From positions 352,001 through 416,000 of the forward strand of contig CBDCFW010000006.1 in NCBI GenBank assembly GCA_965216465.1: a DNA stretch of 64,000 bases. Direction: 5' to 3'. The position numbers and the translations under genes were made by a program. The notes under the pieces are model-generated. The model was not told where the DNA came from, searched no databases, and saw only the letters and a program-made list of their open reading frames with translations. This DNA comes from Bacteroidia bacterium (lineage in GTDB: Bacteria; Bacteroidota; Bacteroidia; NS11-12g; UBA9320). Below, piece by piece: positions 27,269-36,747 of the stretch (position 1 is its first letter; every line of letters begins with the position of its first letter).

Positions 27269-29647
27269 TCACTCCTTAACCCACCTTCCTCTATACACCC
27301 CATTATCGTTACGTATTTCCACTATGTATATACCTGAATCAAGTCCTTGAACATTTATGGAATTTGAAAAGAGCTGTTTAGTCATAACCAAAGCTCCTTG
27401 TAAGTTATAAATGCGTAATTCTCCCTGATGGATATCGCCTACTTTGATAAAGTCAATACCAGGATTAGGATATAGTTTAAGATTTTGGGGTGTTTGCTCA
27501 ATTCCAGCACCACTTATCACCGTGATGGTTATTTCTGCACTAGAGGAACATCCAAATTTATCTAATACGGTTACCGAGTATGTATAATCTCCATGTGTAA
27601 AGTCTTGTCCAACAATGTTCAAGGTATCAAAGCTATCTTGTGTATTCCAAGCATAGTTTACAAATCCTTCTCCTGGGGAGAGTTTGGCTGAGCTGTCTCT
27701 AGGAAGTTTGAAATCCCCGCCTAAACTTATGTCTTGAGGTGTATGCACATGAATGGTTGCGGTATCCGAATAGAAAGCATCCCCACATTGATTATACCAA
27801 TAAACACGATACCTGTCTCCACTATCAGAATCCTGCAAACTTGAGAAAGGAAATTTTGAAGTGTTATTCGAAGCACTTAAAAAGGCTGAACCGTTGTCAC
27901 TCTTTTCCCAAAGACTTGTTAGATTTACCCCTCTAGCAATACCGGTTAATGTATCACTCAATGCTTCGCATAATTCAATATCCGCTGGCATCTCTTCAAC
28001 GTCTATTCGATCAGCCAAAGCTTGTACTTCAAAAGGCCCTATATCAGATGTATCATCCCATATTCTTTCGTATCCGTTAAGATCACTTAGCTTACTAAGA
28101 ATGTCTGCATGAACACTTCCTTTGTAGTATATTGGAATAGGCTGTGCGTAACCTTTATTAAAACCGTATGGCCGTCTTGAGCATGTTTGAGTAAGCGTGA
28201 AATCACCATTTGCCGTATCTTTAAATTTTGGATAATCTTCTAAGCAGTCTTGGTATACCCCGGAAAATGTAAAAGTAGAATCAAATCGGTCTTGGATGGT
28301 GCTTGTTCCTCCGCCGAGTATACAATTGTAAAATTCACTTGGCACTTTATTTCCTTCATCAATAGATAAATTAACAACATCCCCGTAATAGTTTCTATTG
28401 TTCCAAAATATGCAGTTGTAAAACTTAAAATGGGCGTTATCTACATATTCTGCAGCGCTTGAGTTTCTTGGGTAGGTAGTATTATCTGTAGGACTTTTCC
28501 ACTTTCTGTAATTGTTTACAAAGGCACAGTTTATCATCGTTACATCTTCAGTCGTCGTAATCCCTATTGAATTTCTTGTAAACAGACAATTAATTATTCT
28601 TGCATGACTTACATCGCGAATAAGCCCTATTGCTCTTCTATTATTTATGAATTTACAATTGTATATCATTGATGCCGATGCCTCCTTCCCCCCAATACAC
28701 CCTGCAGTAGTCGTACTGTTCTTAAATGTACAATTCTGAATCACGCCTTTAGTGCAATTCCTAGTAAACGACACATCACCAGCAAATATTGATTCTCCAA
28801 AGGTTCCGTCGAATGTACAGTTATCAACCACTCCTGTAAAATCAAACAAGCGAAGAGTGGTGAACTCATTATTTTTGAAATAACAAGATGTAATATTCGC
28901 AAGTTTTGATAAACCTATGGCATCGGAATAAATGTCTTGAAAAAAACAATTTTCGATGTTGAATTCTTCTCCATTAGTAACTTCACCAACAGATATGCCT
29001 GAATAGCAATTTATAAATGTGCAATCAGAAACTTTGAAATTTCCTCGTAGTAAAATTCCAGATGTCAAGTTTTTTGAAATGGAATAGGACCCAAACGGTT
29101 GATTGTCAAAAAACTTACAATCTGACATCCAGCAATCACCGTCTCTGACATCCACTCCACTATTCACTCTTCTAAACGTACTGTTCTTAATTCTAAGTGG
29201 TGAAGAAGCCATGCTTTGTATTCCAACAGAGCGAATAGAAGAGTTAAAACCCGGTTGTTTTAGCCAGGTGAATTGTCTATTTGATGAATGGGTATACTCA
29301 ACTAGGCAATAATCGAAAGAATTAGTATCGCTATCTGGATTGTTAACAATAACAACTCCACCCCAACCAACTAATGAGTCAGAACATGTAAGCATAATTT
29401 TGTCGCTTGAAGTCCCAATACATTTGATGTTTCCTCTTACTATCAGTTTTACCGTATCTGCGAAGTCCATAGTCACACCAGCTTCAACTATTAATAAACT
29501 GTCTGCTGGCACAGTTACATTGTCAGAAACATAATATGGGCTACTGGCCTTGGACAGTGTTCCTGAGAGTGTACCTCCAGAAATTGTAGTCTGTGCAAAG
29601 TTTAAAAGTGGTGTTAAGAGTAAAAATAGTAAATAGAAGTTTTTCAT
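27269..29647 (-). CDS. right-handed parallel beta-helix protein with T9SS type A CTD
   Basis: Repeated I.NC.F.NN motifs; DIGPFE; Ig-like domains; LYPNPG...SGIYIV CTD; start moved to MKNFYLL (track start 29764). Confidence 0.85.
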   Translation of the reverse strand: MKNFYLLFLLLTPLLNFAQTTISGGTLSGTLSKASSPYYVSDNVTVPADSLLIVEAGVTMDFADTVKLIVRGNIKCIGTSSDKIMLTCSDSLVGWGGVVIVNNPDSDTNSFDYCLVEYTHSSNRQFTWLKQPGFNSSIRSVGIQSMASSPLRIKNSTFRRVNSGVDVRDGDCWMSDCKFFDNQPFGSYSISKNLTSGILLRGNFKVSDCTFINCYSGISVGEVTNGEEFNIENCFFQDIYSDAIGLSKLANITSCYFKNNEFTTLRLFDFTGVVDNCTFDGTFGESIFAGDVSFTRNCTKGVIQNCTFKNSTTTAGCIGGKEASASMIYNCKFINNRRAIGLIRDVSHARIINCLFTRNSIGITTTEDVTMINCAFVNNYRKWKSPTDNTTYPRNSSAAEYVDNAHFKFYNCIFWNNRNYYGDVVNLSIDEGNKVPSEFYNCILGGGTSTIQDRFDSTFTFSGVYQDCLEDYPKFKDTANGDFTLTQTCSRRPYGFNKGYAQPIPIYYKGSVHADILSKLSDLNGYERIWDDTSDIGPFEVQALADRIDVEEMPADIELCEALSDTLTGIARGVNLTSLWEKSDNGSAFLSASNNTSKFPFSSLQDSDSGDRYRVYWYNQCGDAFYSDTATIHVHTPQDISLGGDFKLPRDSSAKLSPGEGFVNYAWNTQDSFDTLNIVGQDFTHGDYTYSVTVLDKFGCSSSAEITITVISGAGIEQTPQNLKLYPNPGIDFIKVGDIHQGELRIYNLQGALVMTKQLFSNSINVQGLDSGIYIVEIRNDNGVYRGRWVKE

Positions 29648-29764
29648 ACGTCGAATATAATTATTTAACAATGTTAGAATTAAGTTCGAAGAAAAAATCA
29701 TCTTAATGTCTAGGTTGTGAGTTAGGAGAATGACCAGAAAAATTTTTAGAAATAATCCCCACAA

Positions 29765-30034
29765 ACTTTAGCTCCATCAACGTCTTCTTTGGAGTGGCTA
29801 GTGCGTGGCAAGGGACGTTGATGACAATCTAAAAAATGATCTGTAGTTTGTGATAAGATGATTTGCCTTTTTTCGTTGATAGAAAGAGGCACTAGAATGT
29901 TAGTATGTTGTGTAGTCATCATGAGCGGGTTAAAGTGACAATGATGTACCTCTATTTATCTTCATAAAACTTGTGGGTACCAAATGTCAAAATTAATCCT
30001 CAACGTACTCTACGAGAGACGTTGTGGCAGAGTA
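29765..30034. repeat. attC-like/inverted-repeat element copy 1 (split into two hairpins)
   Basis: ACTTTAGCTCCATCAACGTC...GACGTTGATG (29765-29823) and AATTAATCCTCAACGT...ACGTTGTGG (29991-30027), homologous to the two halves of copies 2 and 3. Confidence 0.75.
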
Positions 30035-30058
30035 AACATTGTTCTAACTCACGAATAC

Positions 30059-30349
30059 TTAATCGTGTTGCTCGTAAAACTCTAATACAGTATTTTCTCT
30101 TTCTAATTTCTCAGCCAGTACCCTTGCCTCTTGCTCATCTTTGTAATTGCATAAAATAGCTAGTACAGATTTACTTAAATCTTTTTTGTCCAAATAGCTT
30201 ACTTCATTAACTTCAAATCTTACGTTATCTAAATGAAAAATTTGGCCAACCATAATCTCACCATCTAAAATGTCTAGGCCAATAACTAGTTTTTGTCTAG
30301 ACGGCAGGTAAAATGAATCAACTACTTTGGCTTCAGCTGTTCTGACCAT
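30059..30349 (-). CDS. small protein resembling a stand-alone EF-Tu domain II-like barrel
   Basis: VVDSFYLPSRQKLVIGLDILDGEIMVGQ resembles V.DVF.I.GRG.VV.G....G.I.VGD; own TATATTTG box at 30354-30361. Confidence 0.55.
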   Translation of the reverse strand: MVRTAEAKVVDSFYLPSRQKLVIGLDILDGEIMVGQIFHLDNVRFEVNEVSYLDKKDLSKSVLAILCNYKDEQEARVLAEKLERENTVLEFYEQHD

Positions 30350-30362
30350 ATATCAAATATAT

Positions 30363-30465
30363 ACTTTAGCTCCATCAACGTCTCCTTTGGAGTGGATAGT
30401 GCGTGGCACATGCCAAAATTAGAACTTTATCCTCAACACCCTCTCCGAGAGACGTTGAGGGAGTA
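30363..30465. repeat. attC-like/inverted-repeat element copy 2
   Basis: CTCCATCAACGTCTC (30370-30384) vs GAGACGTTGAGGGAG (30449-30463), 14/15 complementary; internal CCTCAAC at 30431. Confidence 0.8.
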
Positions 30466-30496
30466 TTATTTTATCTGTCTAATGTATAAAATTTAA

Positions 30497-30808
30497 GTGT
30501 TGAGGTCATCCTACTGTTTGATTGTATTTCAGTTTTACGCTTTCATAAACCAAATTATGTCTTGCAGTTTGGAGCTTTTACCTAAATTTGGAAATGACAA
30601 ACTTTTTATGATTATTGGCCAACTAATAGTACAAATTTTAAATTTTTCCATAATTGCTTTGCCGATTATCCTAGTTACTATATTTGTTAGAAAACCTAAG
30701 CAGAAGTTAGGTTTTTATGTTACTTATTCTATACTAACATTAATTGCAATGTGGGTGATGTACTATTTTAGTATCGCTCTTGAATTTGCTGACGGAATGG
30801 GACCTTAG
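30497..30808 (+). CDS. small membrane protein between repeats
   Basis: Hydrophobic TM segments; stop lies immediately before repeat copy 3; start uncertain. Confidence 0.5.
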   Translation: MLRSSYCLIVFQFYAFINQIMSCSLELLPKFGNDKLFMIIGQLIVQILNFSIIALPIILVTIFVRKPKQKLGFYVTYSILTLIAMWVMYYFSIALEFADGMGP

Positions 30809-30810
30809 TA

Positions 30811-30915
30811 ATTTCAACTTCATCAACTTCTCCTTTTGCTTGTCCGGTGTGTAGCCAAGTGTCAATATTAGAAATTAATCCTCAACGTCCTATTCGAGAG
30901 ACGTTGAGGGGAGTA
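30811..30915. repeat. attC-like/inverted-repeat element copy 3
   Basis: CTTCATCAACTTCTC...AATTAATCCTCAACGTC...GAGACGTTGAGGGGAGTA, colinear with copy 2. Confidence 0.75.
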
Positions 30916-30932
30916 ATGTAAAATCAACCCAC

Positions 30933-30962
30933 AAAAAAGGCCCCTCCAAACAGAGGGGCCTT
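30933..30962 (-). terminator. intrinsic terminator (distal copy)
   Basis: AAGGCCCCTC/GAGGGGCCTT 10-bp stem followed by a T run on the minus strand. Confidence 0.8.
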
Positions 30963-30973
30963 ATGAAAATCTG

Positions 30974-31029
30974 CGGTCTGGACGGGACTCGAACCCGTCC
31001 CCAAAGCCTTGGGGATGACAGGCAGGTAT
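30974..31029 (-). pseudogene. partial tRNA-Asp duplicate (anticodon arm to 3' end) with hairpin substitution
   Basis: Identical to tRNA-Asp except CGACCCCCTGCG is replaced by TCCCCAAAGCCTTGGGGA; lacks the D-arm and 5' acceptor strand. Confidence 0.85.
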
Positions 31030-31046
31030 CTCCAAAATCAACCCAC

Positions 31047-31077
31047 AAAAAAAGCCACTTCAAACGAAGAGGCCTTT
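31047..31077 (-). terminator. intrinsic terminator after tRNA-Asp (proximal, imperfect)
   Basis: GCCACTTC-AAAC-GAAGAGGC stem with one mismatch plus a T run on the minus strand. Confidence 0.6.
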
Positions 31078-31088
31078 ATGAAAATCTG

Positions 31089-31162
31089 CGGTCTGGACGG
31101 GACTCGAACCCGCGACCCCCTGCGTGACAGGCAGGTATTCTAACCAACTGAACTACCAGACC
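31089..31162 (-). tRNA. tRNA-Asp(GTC)
   Basis: GGTCTGGTAGTTCAGTTGGTTAGAATACCTGCCTGTCACGCAGGGGGTCGCGGGTTCGAGTCCCGTCCAGACCG; full cloverleaf, CCA not encoded. Confidence 0.97.
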
Positions 31163-31179
31163 TTGGTTTTTCAGGAGTG

Positions 31180-31187
31180 CAAATATA
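31180..31187 (-). promoter_or_regulatory. Bacteroidota -7 box for tRNA-Asp
   Basis: TATATTTG on the minus strand 17 bp upstream of the tRNA. Confidence 0.65.
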
Positions 31188-31225
31188 AACTCTCCTCAAT
31201 TATTACAAATTAATTTTTTATTTTT

Positions 31226-31807
31226 TTACGATTTCTTCGTAACTAGCTCAACCTCACCTTCTCGCAACGCATATCGCTCCCCACTAGCACCGCATTTAGC
31301 CATCCCATCTTCATCAAACTCCAATCGCTCTCCGTGTCTGCTCATCCACCCCATCTGTCTGCTCGGATTTCCTACCATCAACCCATACGCCGGAACATCC
31401 TTCGTTACCACACATCCAGCTCCAATAAAACTGTATTCTCCCAACGTAATTCCACATACTATCGTTGCGTTTGCACCTATCGTAGCTCCCTTTTTAACCA
31501 AGGTATCCCTAAACTCATCCTTCCGCGACACTGCACTCCGTGGATTTATCACATTCGTAAACACTGCACTTGGACCAATAAACACATCATCCTCACAAAC
31601 AACCCCAGTATATATGCTCACATTGTTCTGAACCTTAACACCTTTGCCTAAGGTAACACCCGGACTCACAACAACATTCTGGCCAATATTGCAATCTTCA
31701 CCGATCACAGCCGACTTCATGATATGACTGAAATGCCAAATCTTGGTGCCTTTTCCAATAACACACCCTTCATCAATTTCTGCGGTATGGTGAGCAAAGT
31801 AATCCAT
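31226..31807 (-). CDS. hexapeptide-repeat N-acetyltransferase, WbpD/WlbB-like
   Basis: KIWHFSHI, VQNNVSIY, GPSAVFTNVINPRS, VGNP. Confidence 0.9.
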   Translation of the reverse strand: MDYFAHHTAEIDEGCVIGKGTKIWHFSHIMKSAVIGEDCNIGQNVVVSPGVTLGKGVKVQNNVSIYTGVVCEDDVFIGPSAVFTNVINPRSAVSRKDEFRDTLVKKGATIGANATIVCGITLGEYSFIGAGCVVTKDVPAYGLMVGNPSRQMGWMSRHGERLEFDEDGMAKCGASGERYALREGEVELVTKKS

Positions 31808-32784
31808 TAAAATTCGCGTGGATATGCGTACTTATACAAATCCTCTTCAGGTAAATTCTTGAAATAATTGTAAGTAATCTTCAAGCCTTCTGCTCGATCA
31901 ACCTGTGGCTCCCAATCTAAAATTGCTTTGGCACGTGAGATATCCGGTTGACGTTGTTTCGGATCATCTTTTGGTAAATCTTTAAACACAATCTGCTGAT
32001 CCGTACCTGTTAATTCAACAATCTCCTTTGCAAAATCCAAAATACTTACTTCATCTGGATTCCCAATATTAACTGGCTCGTTGTAATCACTCATTAATAA
32101 GCGAAAGATGCCTTCAATCTGGTCATCTACAAAGCAGAAGCTTCGCGTCTGACTTCCATCACCAAAAACAGTAATGTTCTCACCACGTAACGCCTGTCCG
32201 ATAAATGCAGGCAACGCACGTCCGTCATTCAATCGCATTCTCGGTCCGTACGTATTAAATATCCTCACTATCCGCGTATCAACGCCATGATAAGTATGAT
32301 AGGCCATGGTCATCGCTTCTTGAAAACGCTTGGCTTCATCATACACTCCTCTTGGACCAACAGGGTTTACATTCCCCCAATAATCTTCATTCTGTGGATG
32401 AACCAAAGGATCTCCATAAACCTCAGAAGTTGAAGCAATCAACATTCTTGCTCCTTTCGCCAACGCTAATCCCAGACAATTGTGCGTTCCTAAACTTCCA
32501 ACCTTTAATGTTGGAATTGGAATTTTTAAATAATCAATCGGACTTGCTGGAGATGCAAAGTGTAAAATGTAATCTAATTGACCGGGAATGTGAATGAACT
32601 TTGATACATCGTGATGGTAAAACTGAAAATTTTCTAAAGGCATCAGGTGTTCAATGTTTTTCATGTCGCCAGTGATCAAATTATCCATAGCAATCACCTT
32701 GAAGCCTTCCTTAATGAAGCGATCGCATAAGTGCGAGCCTAAAAAGCCAGCACCACCCGTTATAAGAACCGTTTTTTTCGCCAT
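31807..32784 (-). CDS. UDP-glucuronate decarboxylase (UDP-xylose synthase) family SDR
   Basis: [50 protein letters not shown]. Confidence 0.93.
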   Translation of the reverse strand: MAKKTVLITGGAGFLGSHLCDRFIKEGFKVIAMDNLITGDMKNIEHLMPLENFQFYHHDVSKFIHIPGQLDYILHFASPASPIDYLKIPIPTLKVGSLGTHNCLGLALAKGARMLIASTSEVYGDPLVHPQNEDYWGNVNPVGPRGVYDEAKRFQEAMTMAYHTYHGVDTRIVRIFNTYGPRMRLNDGRALPAFIGQALRGENITVFGDGSQTRSFCFVDDQIEGIFRLLMSDYNEPVNIGNPDEVSILDFAKEIVELTGTDQQIVFKDLPKDDPKQRQPDISRAKAILDWEPQVDRAEGLKITYNYFKNLPEEDLYKYAYPREF

Positions 32785-34097
32785 TACACGCCTATGCAGT
32801 AATACTCAAATCCCATATCAAGCATTTCTTGCTTGTCGTACACATTTCTACCATCAAAAATGCGTTTTGTTTTCATTTTATCGCCAATTACATCAAAATC
32901 AGGCAGCTTAAATTCAGACCATTCCGTAACCAATAACATCGCATCGGCATCTTCAAGTGCAGCATATGGTTCTTCTACATAGTTAATCTTGTCGCCTAAA
33001 ATGCGTTTGGTTTCTTCCATGCTCACAGGGTCGTATGCTGTAACCGTTCCTCCTGCTTCAATAATCTTGTCGATAATAATCAATGAAGGAGCATCACGCA
33101 TATCATCCGTATTCGGTTTGAACGATAATCCCCACATCGCAAATTTCTTACCGGTTAAATCATCACCCAAAACCTTGGTTACTTTGTGAAAAAGAATCTC
33201 TTTTTGATCGTCGTTTACATCTTCAACAGACTCCAACAAACGCATATCGTATCCATTTTCTTTCGCAGTCTTAATCAATGCCTTTACATCCTTAGGAAAA
33301 CAGCTTCCGCCGTAACCAATACCCGCATAAATAAATCGGCTTCCAATACGTGGATCGCTACCAATACCTCTTCGCACCTTATTCACATCAGCACCAACAA
33401 TCTCACATAAATTAGCGATATCATTCATAAAACTGATTCGCGTAGCCAACATCGCGTTGGCTGCATATTTAGTCATTTCAGCAGATGGAATATCCATAAA
33501 AATCAATGGATGGCCATTCATGATATAGGGCTTGTACAATCTGCTCATAATATCGCGAGCTTTCTCACTATCTACACCCACCACAATTCGATCTGGCTTC
33601 ATGAAATCGTCGATGGCTGCACCCTCTTTCAAGAACTCTGGATTGCTTGCAATGTCAAAGGGAATATCAACTCCGCGCCTATCCAACTCTTCTTGAACAG
33701 CAACTCTTACTTTTTCAGATGTTCCAACCGGAACGGTACTTTTGGTAACAATTACCCCGTAATCGTCCATGTTCTTTCCAATCTCACGAGCAACGCTTAA
33801 AACGTACTGTAAATCAGCACTTCCATCTTCATCTGGAGGTGTTCCAACAGCTATAAATGCAACTTGAGCTCCTTTAATACTTTCTCCTAAAGATGTACTA
33901 AAGTGAAGTCTTCCTTTTTTATAGTTGCGCTTAACCATCGATTCAAGACCAGGCTCATAAATAGGCATTATACCTTGCTTCAAGCCTTCAACCTTGGCAT
34001 CATTTATATCGATACAAACTACATCTGTACCAACTTCAGAGAGACAAGTTCCTGTAACTAATCCAACATAACCCGTCCCTACAACTGCTATTTTCAT
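32784..34097 (-). CDS. ugd: UDP-glucose 6-dehydrogenase
   Basis: [38 protein letters not shown]. Confidence 0.95.
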   Translation of the reverse strand: MKIAVVGTGYVGLVTGTCLSEVGTDVVCIDINDAKVEGLKQGIMPIYEPGLESMVKRNYKKGRLHFSTSLGESIKGAQVAFIAVGTPPDEDGSADLQYVLSVAREIGKNMDDYGVIVTKSTVPVGTSEKVRVAVQEELDRRGVDIPFDIASNPEFLKEGAAIDDFMKPDRIVVGVDSEKARDIMSRLYKPYIMNGHPLIFMDIPSAEMTKYAANAMLATRISFMNDIANLCEIVGADVNKVRRGIGSDPRIGSRFIYAGIGYGGSCFPKDVKALIKTAKENGYDMRLLESVEDVNDDQKEILFHKVTKVLGDDLTGKKFAMWGLSFKPNTDDMRDAPSLIIIDKIIEAGGTVTAYDPVSMEETKRILGDKINYVEEPYAALEDADAMLLVTEWSEFKLPDFDVIGDKMKTKRIFDGRNVYDKQEMLDMGFEYYCIGV

Positions 34098-34232
34098 TTA
34101 AAATCTGTGTTTTTTAAGTAGGCGACAAAGATATTCAATGTTTTAAATCTAAAATGCTTTTTACAAAGCGATTCGGCACCATGCTCAATTTTGTGATTTT
34201 TAATAAAGTTTATGTTATTAATTTGCATTAAA

Positions 34233-34982
34233 ATGAGGAAGTTACTAATTCTACTTTTTATTGGAACCTGCTTTCAATCTATGGCTCAAACTGAGGAGAT
34301 GACGAACCAAGGATTCATGTTCACTCCACAGTATGCGTATCAAATTCCTCGTGGCGATATGTATGACCGCTTCCTTAACTTTTCATCTATAGGCCTTAAC
34401 ATTTATTACAAGCATAAGAATAACCTAACCTTAGGAGTTGATTACGATTGGTATTTTGGTAACAGCCTTAACGAGGGCGGAAACTTTAGTAACATAACCG
34501 CCGAAGCCCAGCAAATTATTGATGCGGATGGACGGTTTTCTGTAGTTCGACTCAATATTCAGGGTAACTACATCACCGGAAATATCGGCTACCTCTTCAA
34601 CATTGTAAAAGACGAACCAAACAGTGGAATTCTAGTGATGGCAGGAGCTGGATTTATGCAACATAAAATCGACATTAAAGCCACCGAATTAAAAATTCCG
34701 CAGATCAACGGAGAATACGAAAAAGGCTACGATAAACTCACCTACGGCCTTGCTACTAAACAGTTTATTGGTTACCAGTACTTGGTTACCAAAAACCATT
34801 ATCACTTTAGAGCAGGCGTTGAATTCAACCAAGGATTCACCCAAGGAAGAAGAACTTGGGATTTTAATGCTAACCAATCTGGGTTAGATAAGCGTTTTGA
34901 TGGTACTATTGCACTAAAATTTGGTGTCATCGTTCCGGTTTATACCAAAAGCGCTGACGACGAAGAGTTTTTCATAGACTAA
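34233..34982 (+). CDS. outer-membrane beta-barrel protein
   Basis: Signal peptide MRKLLILL (track start 34212); amphipathic strands. Confidence 0.7.
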   Translation: MRKLLILLFIGTCFQSMAQTEEMTNQGFMFTPQYAYQIPRGDMYDRFLNFSSIGLNIYYKHKNNLTLGVDYDWYFGNSLNEGGNFSNITAEAQQIIDADGRFSVVRLNIQGNYITGNIGYLFNIVKDEPNSGILVMAGAGFMQHKIDIKATELKIPQINGEYEKGYDKLTYGLATKQFIGYQYLVTKNHYHFRAGVEFNQGFTQGRRTWDFNANQSGLDKRFDGTIALKFGVIVPVYTKSADDEEFFID

Positions 34983-34983
34983 A

Positions 34984-36186
34984 GTGTACAATTTCCTTTA
35001 TAACATATTCGCCTCGATGAGCAGATACTTCGTAATTATAATCGGAGAATTTAGCCCCAAAATTGAGCGATTCAATGTGCAACGAAAACATGCTAACAAA
35101 CCCAAACCCGGGCCAAGAAAGTATTGGATTCATTGTGCTTCCTTTGGAGAATATGAAATGGCTGTTCCGCTTATTAAAAACTTAAGCGAAACCCATAACA
35201 TGGATGAAATTTTAATTACCACATTCAGCCCAAGTGGTTACAAACAAGCAGCGAAAGGTCCTTACAAAGACATGGTGTGCTACTTACCACTTGACACCCC
35301 TAAGTGTGTTAAAAAGTTCTACAAAGAATACGCTCCTCAAAATGCCATTTTTGTCCGTTACGACTTCTGGTACAATTTTATGAAACTTGGACTTCAACGC
35401 GGAACCAAATTCTATTTGGTAAATGGTCGTTTCACACCCAATCATTTCATATTCAAATGGTTTGGGAAACCCTATAAAGCTTTACTTGAAAAGTTTGAAA
35501 AGATATTTCTTTCAGATCAATCGAGTGCTGTAACGCTAAGCACCTATGGAATAAACAACATCGAAACCACTGGTGATACCCGTTACGACCGAGTGGCTCA
35601 AATTCTGAATAAAGACCAGCACTTTCCCGACATTGAAAGATTCAAGGGTGACCGTAAGCTGCTTATTGTTGGTTCTTCATGGCAGCATGAAGAGGATTTA
35701 ATTAGCACCTTGCTCGAGAAAAACTTCGAACACCTGGCTATCTTAATTGCACCTCACGACATCTTTAGAAGTGAAGCCATTTTAAATCTCTACGAAGAAT
35801 ATAATCCAAAACTCTATTCCGATGGCGATTTTACTGCGGATGATAGAGTCGTTATACTAGATACGGTTGGAATGTTAGCCGCAATGTATCGCTACGCGGA
35901 TGTAGCAGTTATTGGCGGCGGATTTAAAGGCAAACTTCATAATATCTTAGAACCTGCGGTTTACGGTTGCCACATCTCATTTGGACCCATGATTTCTAAA
36001 TTTCCGGAAGCTCAAGATTTTGTTGACGCTGGATTTGCAACCATAATTCAAGGAAAACAAGATTGGATTCGATTGATTAAGAATATCATTTCTTCATCTG
36101 AACTTCTCGAACGACTCAAAGAAAAATCGAGAACGTTCACCAAGCGTCACATTGGAGCGACCGAAAAGGTAATGAAAGGACTATAA
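34984..36186 (+). CDS. waaA: Kdo transferase
   Basis: WIHCASFGE, TFSPSGY, YLPLD, GDTRYDRV, HNILEPA. Confidence 0.92.
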   Translation: MYNFLYNIFASMSRYFVIIIGEFSPKIERFNVQRKHANKPKPGPRKYWIHCASFGEYEMAVPLIKNLSETHNMDEILITTFSPSGYKQAAKGPYKDMVCYLPLDTPKCVKKFYKEYAPQNAIFVRYDFWYNFMKLGLQRGTKFYLVNGRFTPNHFIFKWFGKPYKALLEKFEKIFLSDQSSAVTLSTYGINNIETTGDTRYDRVAQILNKDQHFPDIERFKGDRKLLIVGSSWQHEEDLISTLLEKNFEHLAILIAPHDIFRSEAILNLYEEYNPKLYSDGDFTADDRVVILDTVGMLAAMYRYADVAVIGGGFKGKLHNILEPAVYGCHISFGPMISKFPEAQDFVDAGFATIIQGKQDWIRLIKNIISSSELLERLKEKSRTFTKRHIGATEKVMKGL

Positions 36187-36720
36187 GCCTGCTTTTCTTT
36201 TCATGCTCAAATAATGGTGATCAGTGTGCACAACTGTAAAGAATAACATTTCCCGTACCATTAATTTCCCTAGTAATGGATGAGGTAACAAGGTTTTATC
36301 TAATGACTTTTCCCTCCACCCTTCAACTCGATCTGAAAATTTGATTTGCGTTGCTTTCCAGAAGTCTAACATGGCTTGCTTATCAAATTCTTGACCGTCT
36401 TCACTTAAAAATCGAGCCGGTGCCTTAGCCCCAGGAAAGGCTTCCAACTTTTCATAATATCGGTTCTTTAGTTCATCAAAATTGCGAAGCGGTCTATTGG
36501 GTTTCCCAAACTTGTAACGAAGAGCCAACGGGTTTCTCTTTAAGGCTGAACAGATAGAAACATTTGACTTTAGAATATGATCAAATTCTTCAGCAATACT
36601 CCACTTTTCAGGTATAGGTTTAGCTATAAATTGTTCATAATCAGTAGCTTCAATAAAGCGCACACACTTATCCATAGCCTCAATTATAGCTTGACTAATT
36701 TCTTGTTTGGAGTGAATCAT
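36181..36720 (-). CDS. DinB-family protein
   Basis: KWSIAE..DH, HPLLGKL..REML.F...HTDHH. Confidence 0.85.
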   Translation of the reverse strand: MIHSKQEISQAIIEAMDKCVRFIEATDYEQFIAKPIPEKWSIAEEFDHILKSNVSICSALKRNPLALRYKFGKPNRPLRNFDELKNRYYEKLEAFPGAKAPARFLSEDGQEFDKQAMLDFWKATQIKFSDRVEGWREKSLDKTLLPHPLLGKLMVREMLFFTVVHTDHHYLSMKRKAGL

Positions 36721-36747
36721 CCCTCCAAAAATAAGTAAAATGAATTC

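Noticed and set aside
29765-30915. CRISPR array
   Set aside because: Units are ~100 bp and degenerate, separated by 300+ bp ORF-containing segments; no cas genes in the window
30974-31029. second functional tRNA (long variable arm type)
   Set aside because: No 5' acceptor strand or D-arm, and the 3' side of the anticodon stem is replaced
30920-31162. attL/attR of an integrated prophage or island
   Set aside because: The two tRNA 3' copies are directly tandem with no cargo between them, and there is no integrase or phage gene; at most a scar
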